32,163 nt of DNA from Candidatus Altiarchaeota archaeon (GTDB lineage: Archaea; Altiarchaeota; Altiarchaeia; IMC4; QMZM01): contig JAYEGX010000074.1 in NCBI GenBank assembly GCA_034659295.1, positions 1 to 32,163 on the forward strand, given 5' to 3'. This document shows positions 1-10,118 of the stretch, in pieces. Below the pieces are notes generated by a model. That model ran no database searches. It was not told the origin of the DNA and saw nothing but the letters and a program-made list of their open reading frames with translations. The position numbers were made by a program, and so were the translations under genes. Every line of letters starts with the position of its first letter. Within the stretch, counting starts at the first letter, position 1.

Positions 1-150
1 CCCCACGGAATACTGGCTTGAAGCCTCCTCGTAGTGTAACGCAGCCAGCTCCCGCATCTTGTCCTCGTCAAAGGCAAAAGAATTAAGACTGCATGCAATC
101 AGTAAAAAAACAACTGCAAAAACAATTTTAGTGTTTCTTTTAGCGCTCAT
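1..150 (-). CDS. 5' part of a secreted or membrane protein running off the window edge (not in the ORF track)
   Basis: Manual translation from ATG at 150: MSAKRNTKIVFAVVFLLIACSLNSFAFDEDKMRELAALHYEEASSQYSVG. Basic n-region, hydrophobic h-region and SFA|F-type cleavage site; frame is open to position 1. Confidence 0.65.
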   Translation of the reverse strand, partial: MSAKRNTKIVFAVVFLLIACSLNSFAFDEDKMRELAALHYEEASSQYSVG

Positions 151-176
151 CTTTAAATTATTTAATTAAAGGGTAT

Positions 177-821
177 TTATTCTTTTCTATGGCTGGAGTC
201 TATGATATCCCACACCCTCACTGCGATCTTTTCTTTTTTGTCCTGTGGAACGAGGACATACTCTCCGTTTTTGTTTAACACCACAACCTCGTTTTTCTTG
301 GAGCCCACGACATTCTTTTTTATATCATTTCCCACCACCAGATCAAGGTTCTCGGCCTTGAGTTTGGTGTATGCAGCCCTCATCAGCTCACCCGGGAGCA
401 GGCCGTACTCTGCCTTGAAGGCTACAACATAAACCATCCTGTATTTCTCTTTGACTATTTGCGTCAGTTTAGGGTTGGGTTTCAGTTTAAGGTTCAGGGT
501 CTTGTTCATGGACTTGATTTTTTTCTCGTGGTAGGCTGGTGTGTAGTCGGCTATGGCCGCCGTCGATATGAGCACATCGAATCCCTCAGCCACATCCTCC
601 AGGGATTTTATTATCAACTCCCTGGCTGTCCTGACCCTTTGTATTGTCGCATTCTCCGGAAGCGATACCTCAGTCCGGGCAGCTACCAGAGTAACTTGAT
701 GCCCTCTCCTCAGGGCTTCCTCCGCCATTGCCCCACCCATCCTGCCAGAGCTCCCGGTTGTAATGTACCTGACAGGGTCTAGGGGCTCCTCTGTCGCCCC
801 TACTGTTATGAGAACCCTCAT
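177..821 (-). CDS. coaB: Phosphopantothenate-cysteine ligase (CoaB domain only)
   Basis: VLITVGATEEPLDPVRYITTGSSGRMG, STAAIADY, KKIKS and VVAFKAE match the C-terminal synthetase half of CoaBC; adjacent to coaD. Confidence 0.9.
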   Translation of the reverse strand: MRVLITVGATEEPLDPVRYITTGSSGRMGGAMAEEALRRGHQVTLVAARTEVSLPENATIQRVRTARELIIKSLEDVAEGFDVLISTAAIADYTPAYHEKKIKSMNKTLNLKLKPNPKLTQIVKEKYRMVYVVAFKAEYGLLPGELMRAAYTKLKAENLDLVVGNDIKKNVVGSKKNEVVVLNKNGEYVLVPQDKKEKIAVRVWDIIDSSHRKE

Positions 822-823
822 TT

Positions 824-1285
824 TTATTCCAGAATCTTCCCGTCAACGTCTATCTCACCGCAGCTTATCCTTTCCCCTGATAGGGGTTTCCGGTCGTCTG
901 CTAAAACTATGGGAATCACAAGGATACTCAGCCTGCTAAGACCTTTCTTGAACCTTATGGCGTTTATTTCCTCAGCCCTCAGAAGCGTTTCCTCGGAAAC
1001 AACAATGCAATCTATCTCGGGGTCTATGGTGGCTATACCATAGGAATCGTCTATCTGTATTATGGTGTATGGCTTCCCATTGCCGTTAATTTCTATGTAT
1101 TCTTTCAGCTGCCCCTCTCTTGTGGAGTATGACTTGGTCTTAAGGACACGGAACCTTGAAGCGAATTCATCGGAGGTTAAGCCGATTACAACAGACCTGC
1201 CGATCTCAAAAGCAGCGCCCAGTATACCCTTATGACCTTTGTGCAACCTGTTAAAGGTGCCACCAACAACAACCTTCCCATACAT
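824..1285 (-). CDS. coaD: Archaeal phosphopantetheine adenylyltransferase
   Basis: VVVGGTFNRLHKGH (HxGH), IVVSEET, AEEINAIR..KGL, and LSGERI (equivalent to ISSTRI). Confidence 0.92.
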   Translation of the reverse strand: MYGKVVVGGTFNRLHKGHKGILGAAFEIGRSVVIGLTSDEFASRFRVLKTKSYSTREGQLKEYIEINGNGKPYTIIQIDDSYGIATIDPEIDCIVVSEETLLRAEEINAIRFKKGLSRLSILVIPIVLADDRKPLSGERISCGEIDVDGKILE

Positions 1286-1382
1286 TTTCCAATCAATAAC
1301 TCATTAAGAATGCATAGGTTATATATATGCCGTAAACGATTATATGGAAGTATATTTAATGGTTAATTTGTAGTATTAATAT
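1286..1382. promoter_or_regulatory. AT-rich divergent intergenic region with TATA-like boxes for coaD and secF
   Basis: GGTTATATATATGC and GTATATTTAATGG lie between divergently transcribed genes; position-based inference only. Confidence 0.35.
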
Positions 1383-2501
1383 ATGTTTGATGACCTTTAC
1401 AGTCAAATGATTAAAAGGGTGTCCCATAAGAGACTCATGGTTCTGCCGGTAGCTATTGCCATTTCAATGTCTTTTCTTATCGCGGTAAACGGTATTCCCC
1501 AAGGCCTTGATTTTGCAGGAGGCAGCTGGGTTGAGGTCACACTGGAGGGGGATGTAGATAGGGGAGTGATAGATGCTATCGAAAATGAACTGAAACAGAG
1601 GGGTGCTGAAAACCTTGATGTCTACGCTGGAGCGGAACTCGGCAGCGACATATATAAAATTACAATAAGCACCACCACCGTAATAGATAAAGATGATACA
1701 AGAGAACTCCTGGAAAGATATTTAGGTGATTTAAGGGAGAATGATGTTGCAGAGATAAAAGTTGAATCAGAACCAAAACCTGATGTAAGGGATAGGATAA
1801 GAAATAGATTAGCGGGCTCTGACATATCATTTGACAAAGATAATTCCACACTCATCATTACTGCAATGGATATCGATGCGGATGAGGTGGGAAGGGCATT
1901 AGACCTGTACATGGAGGGTGCAACAAGCGTTTATCTGAAGGAGAAAAACTACCGGATGGAGAGCATAGGCAAAACCCTTGGAGATAAATTTTGGGAGCAG
2001 GGCATATACGCTGTTTTATTCTCTTATCTGTTGGTTATTGCCGTGATTTTTTTTGTCTTCAGGGAGTTTATTCCGAGTATGGCTATCATTCTGGCTGCAT
2101 CATTCGATGCTGTTTTCGCCCTCGGGGGAATGAGTATTTTCAACCTGTTGCTTGAGCCAGCCACTCTTGTATCTCTTCTGATGTTGATTGGATACTCTGT
2201 GGATTCCGACATCCTTTTAACTACCAGGGTCCTGAAGACATCCAAGGGTACGGTCAATGAGCGGATAGACAGCGCCATGAAAACAGGTCTTACCATGACG
2301 GGAACGACCATGGGGGCTATGTTGATCATATTGCTGGTCACAAACACCTTCATAAAGATACCTGCTTTACCCAACATAGCTATTGTTCTCTTAATGGGTC
2401 TGGTGGCTGATTTGATTAACACCTGGTTTCTGAATGCAAGCATACTAAAATGGTATGTAGAAGAGCGGGGGGGTAAGTTTAACATACTGGGAAAGCGATA
2501 G
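1383..2501 (+). CDS. secF: Protein translocase subunit SecF (archaeal type)
   Basis: GLDFAGG after TM1, IGKTLG before TM2, GYSVDSDILL motif, six-TM pattern; paired with secD. Confidence 0.9.
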   Translation: MFDDLYSQMIKRVSHKRLMVLPVAIAISMSFLIAVNGIPQGLDFAGGSWVEVTLEGDVDRGVIDAIENELKQRGAENLDVYAGAELGSDIYKITISTTTVIDKDDTRELLERYLGDLRENDVAEIKVESEPKPDVRDRIRNRLAGSDISFDKDNSTLIITAMDIDADEVGRALDLYMEGATSVYLKEKNYRMESIGKTLGDKFWEQGIYAVLFSYLLVIAVIFFVFREFIPSMAIILAASFDAVFALGGMSIFNLLLEPATLVSLLMLIGYSVDSDILLTTRVLKTSKGTVNERIDSAMKTGLTMTGTTMGAMLIILLVTNTFIKIPALPNIAIVLLMGLVADLINTWFLNASILKWYVEERGGKFNILGKR

Positions 2502-2502
2502 A

Positions 2503-4110
2503 ATGGATCCTAACAAGATAAGAAATATACTAAAGAGCTGGAGGATAATATTCCTGGTGTTTATAGTAGTGGTATCCCTGCTTTTGGTGATGAACATCAT
2601 CCCGGTAAATAGCGGCAAGGGCATTGGTGTTGGTAACGGCCTGGACTATGGCCTGGATTTTGCCGGAGGCGTACAGATGCAGTTGAAGCTGGAAAGAGAG
2701 GTGGATAAGGATACCATGGAAATCGAGAAGGGAATACTCCTCTCCCGGCTGAATGCAATGGGTTTGAAGGATATATCAGTCAGACCCTGGGGTAACCAGT
2801 ATATACTTGTACAGATATCAGACGCATCACCTACTGAGAGGGAGAGGATTGAGAGGATATTAAAGCAGCCAGCCCGGTTCGAGCAGCTAATTGACGGGGA
2901 ACTGGGCGTTAATGGGGATGAGATTGAAGTAGACTCTGATCCAAGATCCTCAGGAGTATTCGAAGGACAGCAGGGAGGCTATGGATGGAGGGTTGGCGTT
3001 AAAATCACTGGAGAAGGTGCCCACAGATTTGGTAAAGTGGCATTCGGCAAGTACTTCGGCGAAAACAGCCCCATGAACCGGCCTGTTGATTTATTTATCG
3101 ACAGACCCTCTGAATCCGTTATCGTGATGAAGAGTGGGGAGTACCATATACTGGCTAATCTCACATCCAGCGCTGATACCGGCTCCATATACTATGGGGA
3201 CACAGCCCTTCAGATTATGGAAGAGAGATCGAATCTTACTGTTATTCCATGGAGCCTAAACGATAGTCTTTTCCTTCCAGCTGTAATGAACTACAGCAAC
3301 AGATACGACAGGGTTATTATTGCAGGAGATGATTATGAGATACCAGAGAAGGTCAGGGCCGAAATTGAGGAACTGGGTTTTGTAACTGAGAGGAGACCTA
3401 AGGGGAACAATACCTATGAGGGCTGGGTTAAGGAGATTACCGGCTTAATGACATCACCTAGGCTGAACTTTAACACCAGAGGAGAGCCGGTTTATGGTGC
3501 AGTTATCACCGGATGGACCCCTACATTGGAGGATTCCGTCGAGGAATTGAAACAGAATAAGATATGGCTTTCTTCAGGTAATCTACCTGCTAAGGCGGAA
3601 ATTGAGTCGCAGTCAGAGGTTCCAGCATCCCTTGGCGGACAGTTTCTTGAGGGTTCGTTTATTATAGGGGTTATAGCTATTTTGACTGTTGCAGTTATAG
3701 TCTATTTAAGATACAGAAAATTGTTTATTGTCGGACCTCTTATGTTTACCGGCTTAAGTGAGATTATGATAATCCTGGGTCTTGCCTCCGTAATAAACTG
3801 GGAGCTTGATTTAGCTGCGGTTGCGGGAATAATAGCTGCTGTTGGTACTGGAGTGGACGATCAGATTCTTATAACCGACGAGACCCTGAGGAGGGATGAG
3901 AGAAGGAAGATTGTTAGTGTAACGGAGCAGATTAGGAGGGCTTTTTTCATAATATTCACCGCTGCTGCCACAACTATTGCTGTGATGCTGCCTGTTTTTA
4001 CTATACAGGCTTTGCAGGGTTTTGCTTTCACCACCGTTGCAGGAGTGTTGATTGGTGTGTTCATCACAAGAAGGGGTTATGCAAAGATAATTGAGGAATT
4101 AATCAGCTAG
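2503..4110 (+). CDS. secD: Protein translocase subunit SecD (archaeal type)
   Basis: YGLDFAGG, LSSGNLP, WELDLAAVAGIIAAVGTGVDDQILITDE, GFAFTT. Confidence 0.93.
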   Translation: MDPNKIRNILKSWRIIFLVFIVVVSLLLVMNIIPVNSGKGIGVGNGLDYGLDFAGGVQMQLKLEREVDKDTMEIEKGILLSRLNAMGLKDISVRPWGNQYILVQISDASPTERERIERILKQPARFEQLIDGELGVNGDEIEVDSDPRSSGVFEGQQGGYGWRVGVKITGEGAHRFGKVAFGKYFGENSPMNRPVDLFIDRPSESVIVMKSGEYHILANLTSSADTGSIYYGDTALQIMEERSNLTVIPWSLNDSLFLPAVMNYSNRYDRVIIAGDDYEIPEKVRAEIEELGFVTERRPKGNNTYEGWVKEITGLMTSPRLNFNTRGEPVYGAVITGWTPTLEDSVEELKQNKIWLSSGNLPAKAEIESQSEVPASLGGQFLEGSFIIGVIAILTVAVIVYLRYRKLFIVGPLMFTGLSEIMIILGLASVINWELDLAAVAGIIAAVGTGVDDQILITDETLRRDERRKIVSVTEQIRRAFFIIFTAAATTIAVMLPVFTIQALQGFAFTTVAGVLIGVFITRRGYAKIIEELIS

Positions 4111-4202
4111 ATTTGAACAATGTTTTAAAAAGTTAGTATCCTATTTAAAAAGCATAAAAATAATAATTAACTATAATTATTTATCATTACAAATATGCTA
4201 AA

Positions 4203-4508
4203 ATGAATCAGATAGAACACATAAAAAAAGTTGAAGAGAAAGTCGAAGAGAAGATAGAAAAGGCACGAAAGGATGCTGAGAAAAAGGTCAAGGCCGCGAA
4301 AATGGAAAGGAAACACCTCGTCCAGGTCAGAGTAGAAGACGCTGAGAAAAAGGTCAAGGAGATGATAGCAAATGAGAAAAAAAGGGCTGAAAAAGAGGTT
4401 GAATCCCTTAACAAATCAATAGAGGAAGAAATAAGAAGTGTCACAATGAAATCCGATTCCGAGATGGGAAGAACCGTTAAGCTGATAAACGAGAAGTTGA
4501 TGGGGTGA
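4203..4508 (+). CDS. atpH: A-type ATP synthase peripheral stalk subunit H (G-like)
   Basis: 101-aa E/K-rich coiled coil (IKKVEEKVEEKIEKARKDAEKKV) heading the atp operon. Confidence 0.75.
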   Translation: MNQIEHIKKVEEKVEEKIEKARKDAEKKVKAAKMERKHLVQVRVEDAEKKVKEMIANEKKRAEKEVESLNKSIEEEIRSVTMKSDSEMGRTVKLINEKLMG

Positions 4509-5053
4509 AAATGGGTCTGGAAGAGCTCGAGAGCAGAATCATGGAGGATGCGGAGAAACAAATCCGGAAGATAAACGAGGAAGCTAATAGAAAAATAGAG
4601 GATATACGAGAGGAAATCGAAAGGGATGCGAATCAGGAAGCTGAGAAAATCCTCAAGAAAGGCAAGCAGGAGGCGAATCTCACCTACAGGAGGATAATCG
4701 CAGACATCATTATCAAAGGGAAGGATAGGATAGAAAAGAGGGAAAATTCCATCATTGACGATGCATTTGGAAGAGTGCGTAATGCTATACTTGAATCAAG
4801 CGATCCGGAAAAGAGGAAATTCCTGGGAAAGCTCATAGAAAGAGACAGGAATAAGGTACATGAACCCCAGATGATGGTAGATGTGAAATACGCTAACCTC
4901 ATTGAAGAAGCTAAAGCTGGTGATATAGGCGACTTTGGGGTTGTTATCCAAAGCAGGGATGGAAAGATGAGGATAGACAACACCCTCAACAACAGGATTA
5001 ACCGTTTGAAGACGACCCTTAGGCCGGAAATTTCCTCCATGTTGTTCGGTTGA
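4505..5053 (+). CDS. atpE: A-type ATP synthase subunit E
   Basis: MGLEELESRIMEDAEK N-terminal coiled coil; FGVVIQSRDGKMRIDNTLNNRI..LRPEISSMLF C-terminus. Confidence 0.88.
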   Translation: MKMGLEELESRIMEDAEKQIRKINEEANRKIEDIREEIERDANQEAEKILKKGKQEANLTYRRIIADIIIKGKDRIEKRENSIIDDAFGRVRNAILESSDPEKRKFLGKLIERDRNKVHEPQMMVDVKYANLIEEAKAGDIGDFGVVIQSRDGKMRIDNTLNNRINRLKTTLRPEISSMLFG

Positions 5054-5352
5054 CGATGGCGAAACTTTGCATAATAGGTGACAGGCTTACGGTAACAGGC
5101 CTTGAGCTAGCGGGATTGAAGAACATGCAGATAGCGGACCAGAAAACCATAGTGGAGAAGATAAGGGATATGGACGAGGACATGGATGTTATATTAGTGA
5201 CTCAATCCCTTGCCAGGGAAGCGGTAAAGGAAATCAAGGAACTAAGAAGGGATGGTAAGATTGTGGTGGAAATCCCGGATAGAGAGGGTGGTGGTGAGGA
5301 AACAACAAGCATGATAGTTAGGAATGTTATTGGATTCGATTTAGCAAGATAG
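5050..5352 (+). CDS. atpF: A-type ATP synthase subunit F
   Basis: [32 protein letters not shown]. Confidence 0.88.
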   Translation: MTMAKLCIIGDRLTVTGLELAGLKNMQIADQKTIVEKIRDMDEDMDVILVTQSLAREAVKEIKELRRDGKIVVEIPDREGGGEETTSMIVRNVIGFDLAR

Positions 5353-5366
5353 GTGTATTACATAAA

Positions 5367-7109
5367 ATGGCTAAAATAGTGCGGATTACAGGACCTCTTG
5401 TAGAGGCAGACGGTATGCGAGGCTATCAAATGCACGAGGTCCTGAAGGTAGGTGACGAGAAACTCATAGGTGAGATAATAAAACTGGAAGAGGATGCAGC
5501 ATCCATACAGGTCTACGAGGAAACAGGGGGTGTAAAGCCGGGGGAACCGGTTGAAGGAACTGGAAGAACCCTATCTGTTGAACTGGGACCCGGAATCATT
5601 AAGTCCATCTATGATGGAATACAGAGACCACTGAACCTTATTGAGGAGGTTTCCGGAGACTACATATCGAGGGGGATCTCTGTCACACCAATAGACCGGA
5701 CTAAAAAATGGGCTTTCAATCCCCTGGTAAAGGAGGGGGATAAGCTTGTTGGGGGGGACATAATAGGTGAGGTCAGGGAAACCAAGGTCATGGCCCACAA
5801 AATCATGGTCCCGCCCGGAGTCAACGGCAAGGTAACAAATATTGAAGACGGGAAATTCAATGTCGAAAATACCGTATGCATACTTAAAGACGATAACAAA
5901 GAGCAGAAGCTGGCTATGATGCAGATCTGGCCGGTGAGAAGACCTAGACCGTTTACCGAGAAACTCGACTGTGACGTGCCCCTTATTTCAGGCCAGAGGA
6001 TATTCGACACATTCTTCCCCCTGGCTAAGGGAGGTACTGCAGCAATCCCAGGAGGATTCGGCACAGGCAAGACTGTTTCACAGCACCAGCTCGCTAAATG
6101 GGTTGACGCCGAGATCATAGTCTATGTGGGCTGCGGCGAGAGAGGTAACGAGATGACAGAGGTGCTTGAGGAATTCCCTGAGCTGGAGGACCCGAAGCAT
6201 GACCTACCGCTGATGGAGAGAACAGTGCTTATCGCGAACACATCCAATATGCCGGTTGCAGCAAGGGAAGCATCAGTGTATACTGGTATGACACTCGGTG
6301 AATACTATAGGGATATGGGATACAATGCTGCCCTGATGGCTGACTCCACATCCAGGTGGGCTGAGGCAATGAGGGAAATCTCAGGAAGGCTGGAGGAGAT
6401 GCCAGGCGAAGAAGGTTATCCGGCTTATCTGGCCTCCAGGCTGGCTGAATTCTATGAGCGATCCGGCAGAGTTAAATGCCTTGGAAGTGATAACAGGATA
6501 GGTTCAGTATCAATCATTGGAGCTGTTTCCCCTCCCGGAGGAGACTTCTCGGAGCCGGTAACCCAGAACACATTAAGGGTGACGCAGGTATTCTGGGCTC
6601 TTGACGCGAAACTGGCTGACAGGAGGCATTTCCCGGCGATAAACTGGCTTAGCTCATACTCACTTTACAGCGACATATTAGCCGACTACTTCAACACCGA
6701 GGTGAACGAAAAATGGATGAGAAACAAAATCAAGACCATGACCATACTCCAGAAGGAATCAGAGCTGGAGGAGATAGTGCAGCTGGTAGGTCCAGATGCC
6801 TTACCTGAAAGGGAGAGATTGGTTTTGGATGTTGCCAGGATGCTAAGAGAGGATTTCCTGCAACAGAACGCATTCCATGAGGTGGATACTTTCTGTCCGC
6901 TGGATAAACAGTACAGGATGCTGGAAATAATACTCAGATTCCATGACAAGGCTCTTATATCGCTCGAAGGTGATATGACGCCGGAGAACATATCAAACCT
7001 TGATGTAGTCGACGATATAGCTAAGATGAAATACATTCCCAATGAAACCTTCAAAAAGGAGTTCAAGAAGATAGAAAGGGCTATAGACGAAAGCCTTAGA
7101 GGAGTATAA
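5367..7109 (+). CDS. atpA: A-type ATP synthase catalytic subunit A
   Basis: Walker [44 protein letters not shown]; 580 aa with no intein. Confidence 0.98.
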   Translation: MAKIVRITGPLVEADGMRGYQMHEVLKVGDEKLIGEIIKLEEDAASIQVYEETGGVKPGEPVEGTGRTLSVELGPGIIKSIYDGIQRPLNLIEEVSGDYISRGISVTPIDRTKKWAFNPLVKEGDKLVGGDIIGEVRETKVMAHKIMVPPGVNGKVTNIEDGKFNVENTVCILKDDNKEQKLAMMQIWPVRRPRPFTEKLDCDVPLISGQRIFDTFFPLAKGGTAAIPGGFGTGKTVSQHQLAKWVDAEIIVYVGCGERGNEMTEVLEEFPELEDPKHDLPLMERTVLIANTSNMPVAAREASVYTGMTLGEYYRDMGYNAALMADSTSRWAEAMREISGRLEEMPGEEGYPAYLASRLAEFYERSGRVKCLGSDNRIGSVSIIGAVSPPGGDFSEPVTQNTLRVTQVFWALDAKLADRRHFPAINWLSSYSLYSDILADYFNTEVNEKWMRNKIKTMTILQKESELEEIVQLVGPDALPERERLVLDVARMLREDFLQQNAFHEVDTFCPLDKQYRMLEIILRFHDKALISLEGDMTPENISNLDVVDDIAKMKYIPNETFKKEFKKIERAIDESLRGV

Positions 7110-7110
7110 A

Positions 7111-8496
7111 ATGGCGATAAAAGAATACACCAGCGTTGTGGGGGTTGCAGGCCCACTGATGACTGTAGATAACATATCAGGTGTCAGCTACGGGGAGGTT
7201 GTTGAGATAATAACCTCTAAGGGGGAGAAACGCACCGGCCAGGTGCTTGATGCAATGACCGATAAAGTGGTTGTTCAGGTATTCGAGAGCACCTCGGGAC
7301 TGGATACCAAAAACACAAGAGTCAAGTTTCTTGGCGAGACCATGAAGATTCCTGTATCAGAGAATGTTCTGGGTAGAATATTTGACGGGGCCGGCAGACC
7401 CATAGACGGTAAAGGCAATCCCATTCCAGAGGATAGGAGGGATATCGAAGGTGAGCCCATGAACCCGTATGCCAGAGAGTTCCCCAAAGATACTATACAG
7501 ACAGGTATTTCGGCTATAGACGGTATGAACACTCTTGTCAGGGGGCAGAAACTGCCTATTTTCTCAGGCGCAGGATTGCCGCACAATGAACTGGCAGCCC
7601 AGATTGCCCGACAAGTCAGTGTTTCTGGCGAGCAGGAGGATTTCGCCGTGGTTTTCGCTGCTATGGGAATCACAGCAGGAGAGGCATCATTTTTCAAGAA
7701 AGACTTCAAGAGAACAGGTGCCTTGGAGAGAATTGTTTCATTCATTAACCTGGCTGATGACCCAACCATAGAGAGGATTATTACACCAAGAATTGCCTTG
7801 ACCACTGCTGAATTTTTGGCATTCGACAAAAACATGCACGTTCTCGTAATACTAACCGATTTGACAAACTACTGCGAGGCATTGAGGGAGATTTCAGCCG
7901 CTAAAGAGGAGGTCCCGGGAAGGAGAGGATATCCCGGTTACCTTTACACTGACCTATCAACACTATACGAGCGTGCTGGGAGAATAAAAGATAAAAAGGG
8001 CACAATAACCCAGATACCCATTCTCTCCATGCCAGGAGACGATATGACACACCCCATACCAGATCTTACAGGCTATATTACGGAGGGGCAGATAGTATTA
8101 TCCAGGCAGTTGCACAGAAAAGAGGTTTACCCCCCAATTGACGTACTGCCCTGCCTGTCAAGGCTTATGAATCAGGGCATCGGCTCCGGGAAAACCAGGG
8201 AGGATCACTCTGATGTATCAAACCAGATTTATGCAGCATATGCCGAGGGACGTGACCTGAGGGACCTGGTAGCGGTTGTTGGTGAAGAGGCCTTAACGGA
8301 GAGAGATAAGAAATTCCTTGAGTTCGCTGAACGCTTTGAGTCAGAGTTTGTTAACCAGGGCTTAAGCGAGAACAGGACAATCAATGACACCCTTGAGCTT
8401 GGATGGGAGCTCTTATCTGTACTGGATGAAAGAGACCTGAAGAGGGTTGATCCCAAGTATATAAAAAAGTATCACCCGGAGCACCAGGTTTCTTGA
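7111..8496 (+). CDS. atpB: A-type ATP synthase subunit B
   Basis: [48 protein letters not shown]. Confidence 0.98.
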   Translation: MAIKEYTSVVGVAGPLMTVDNISGVSYGEVVEIITSKGEKRTGQVLDAMTDKVVVQVFESTSGLDTKNTRVKFLGETMKIPVSENVLGRIFDGAGRPIDGKGNPIPEDRRDIEGEPMNPYAREFPKDTIQTGISAIDGMNTLVRGQKLPIFSGAGLPHNELAAQIARQVSVSGEQEDFAVVFAAMGITAGEASFFKKDFKRTGALERIVSFINLADDPTIERIITPRIALTTAEFLAFDKNMHVLVILTDLTNYCEALREISAAKEEVPGRRGYPGYLYTDLSTLYERAGRIKDKKGTITQIPILSMPGDDMTHPIPDLTGYITEGQIVLSRQLHRKEVYPPIDVLPCLSRLMNQGIGSGKTREDHSDVSNQIYAAYAEGRDLRDLVAVVGEEALTERDKKFLEFAERFESEFVNQGLSENRTINDTLELGWELLSVLDERDLKRVDPKYIKKYHPEHQVS

Positions 8497-8507
8497 AGAA
8501 ATAAAAA

Positions 8508-9176
8508 ATGGCAGACATTATTGAGGGAATCCATCCCACCCGGATGGAACTGCTGGAGATAAACAAGAAGGTAATCCTTGCTGTTAAGGGACACAAGCTC
8601 CTCAAAGAGAAGAGAGATACCCTGATGACTGAATTCCTTGGCGTGATAGAGGAGGCTAAGGGTTTAAGAAGTGAGGTCATAGATTCCATGGAGGAGGCCT
8701 ACAGCAATCTGATAACTGCAGAGGCTGTGATGAGCTCATCTGACGTGCAGTCCATTGCTAACTCCATCCCTGAATCCAAAAAGGTGGATATTACCCTCAG
8801 AAACGTTATGGGCGTGAGGATACCCCAGATGAGCTTGGAATCCGATCAGGAAGCTGCAGCGAGCTGGGAATACCGTACACCATTGTCCACGGCTAAAATA
8901 GATGATTCGGTGGAATCATTTAATGCTGTCTTGGAGAAACTGGTTAAGCTGGTGGAGGTGGAGGAAACCATCCTAAGACTTGGGGAGGAAATCAAGAAAA
9001 CCAAAAGAAGGGTTAATTCACTGGAGCATAGAATGATTCCCCGACTCAAGGCCACCCAGTTCTACATAAACATGCGTCTTGAGGAGATGGAGCGGGAGAC
9101 TTTCTCCAGCCTTAAGGCAGTGAAGAGGAAAAAGGAGAGGGAAAAAAAACAGCATGAAGAAACTTCTCCCTTATAA
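8508..9176 (+). CDS. atpD: A-type ATP synthase subunit D
   Basis: HPTRMELL, GHKLLKEKRD, EIKKTKRRVNSLEH, LEEMERETF. Confidence 0.95.
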   Translation: MADIIEGIHPTRMELLEINKKVILAVKGHKLLKEKRDTLMTEFLGVIEEAKGLRSEVIDSMEEAYSNLITAEAVMSSSDVQSIANSIPESKKVDITLRNVMGVRIPQMSLESDQEAAASWEYRTPLSTAKIDDSVESFNAVLEKLVKLVEVEETILRLGEEIKKTKRRVNSLEHRMIPRLKATQFYINMRLEEMERETFSSLKAVKRKKEREKKQHEETSPL

Positions 9177-9399
9177 GGCAGTCTTATGCCCCTTTTGTGG
9201 GGGTATTCAGGTCACGAAGGGGGAGAAACAGTTCAGGTGCAGACTCTGTGGGAAAACCAGCTCCTTCAGGCACGACAGTAAATGGAATGTTAAACTCAAA
9301 GGATTCCATGCAGAGGAACAGGCCAGGGAATACTGCAAGGAATGGAAGAAGAGTAAGGCAGTGGGAACAGACGGCTTCAAATCCGGTAAAGAAATGTAG
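9154..9399 (+). CDS. Small zinc-ribbon protein (DUF1922/DUF5817-like)
   Basis: CPFCG..CRLCG pair followed by an amphipathic helix (EEQAREYCKEWK); overlaps the atpD stop. Family label is from recall only. Confidence 0.6.
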   Translation: MKKLLPYKAVLCPFCGGIQVTKGEKQFRCRLCGKTSSFRHDSKWNVKLKGFHAEEQAREYCKEWKKSKAVGTDGFKSGKEM

Positions 9400-9401
9400 G
9401 C

Positions 9402-10082
9402 TTACTTCCCTATCCTGGTGCCCGCATATTTCTCACCTGAGATCGCTTCCCCCATGTTCTTGAGGTCTCTGCCATTTAAGAAGATTGTTTTTATGCTAGA
9501 GCGCTTAATTATTTTAACAGCCAGGGGATCTATTAACGCATAGCTTCCAGCATCAACAGGATACTCTCTTATGAGGTCCATCAACTCGTTTGGGGTAATT
9601 TCTTCGATGAGTCTGGCATCAGCGTGTTCAGCTGGATTTTTGTCGAATATGCCGCCCACATCGGTTGCATTAATCAGCAGGTCAGCTCCAACGTATTCTG
9701 CTAGCAAGGCGGAAACACCATCCGTGCTGTGACCCGGGTGAGTGCCCCCCATGACCACAATCTTCCCCCTCTCAAGCTCCTCTCTGGCTTTCTGGAAGAC
9801 AGTTGGGGGCTCAAGGGTAGCCGCATCTCCGATAGCAGCTGAAAGCAGTCTGGCATTCAACCTGGAGGCATCAATCCCTATAAGATCGCATAACGCCTCA
9901 GATGAGTTAAACGCCCGGGCCACGTCAATGTATTTTCTGGCAAGCCGCCCCCCGCCAGAGACAACAGCAACATCATTCCCCGAAGATAAATCAACCAGAA
10001 AGGAAGCCAGCTCCCTGATATATCCAACATCAACCTCCCCCGGAACCAGGATTGATCCCCCTATAGATAAAACAATCCTCAT
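9402..10082 (-). CDS. pyrH: Uridylate kinase (archaeal)
   Basis: VLSIGGS, VVSGGGRLARKYI, MGGTHPGHSTD, DVGGIFDKNP. Confidence 0.95.
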   Translation of the reverse strand: MRIVLSIGGSILVPGEVDVGYIRELASFLVDLSSGNDVAVVSGGGRLARKYIDVARAFNSSEALCDLIGIDASRLNARLLSAAIGDAATLEPPTVFQKAREELERGKIVVMGGTHPGHSTDGVSALLAEYVGADLLINATDVGGIFDKNPAEHADARLIEEITPNELMDLIREYPVDAGSYALIDPLAVKIIKRSSIKTIFLNGRDLKNMGEAISGEKYAGTRIGK

Positions 10083-10118
10083 CTTGTATAATATTTCACC
10101 TGAATACTAAATAAGTAT

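Noticed and set aside
5367-7109. Intein in AtpA (a common insertion site)
   Set aside because: The 580-aa length and the continuous GTGKTV sequence show no insertion.
4208-8689. Numerous minus-strand ORFs over the atp operon (also over secDF, the AAA gene and thiDN)
   Set aside because: They are antisense shadows of well-supported conserved genes.
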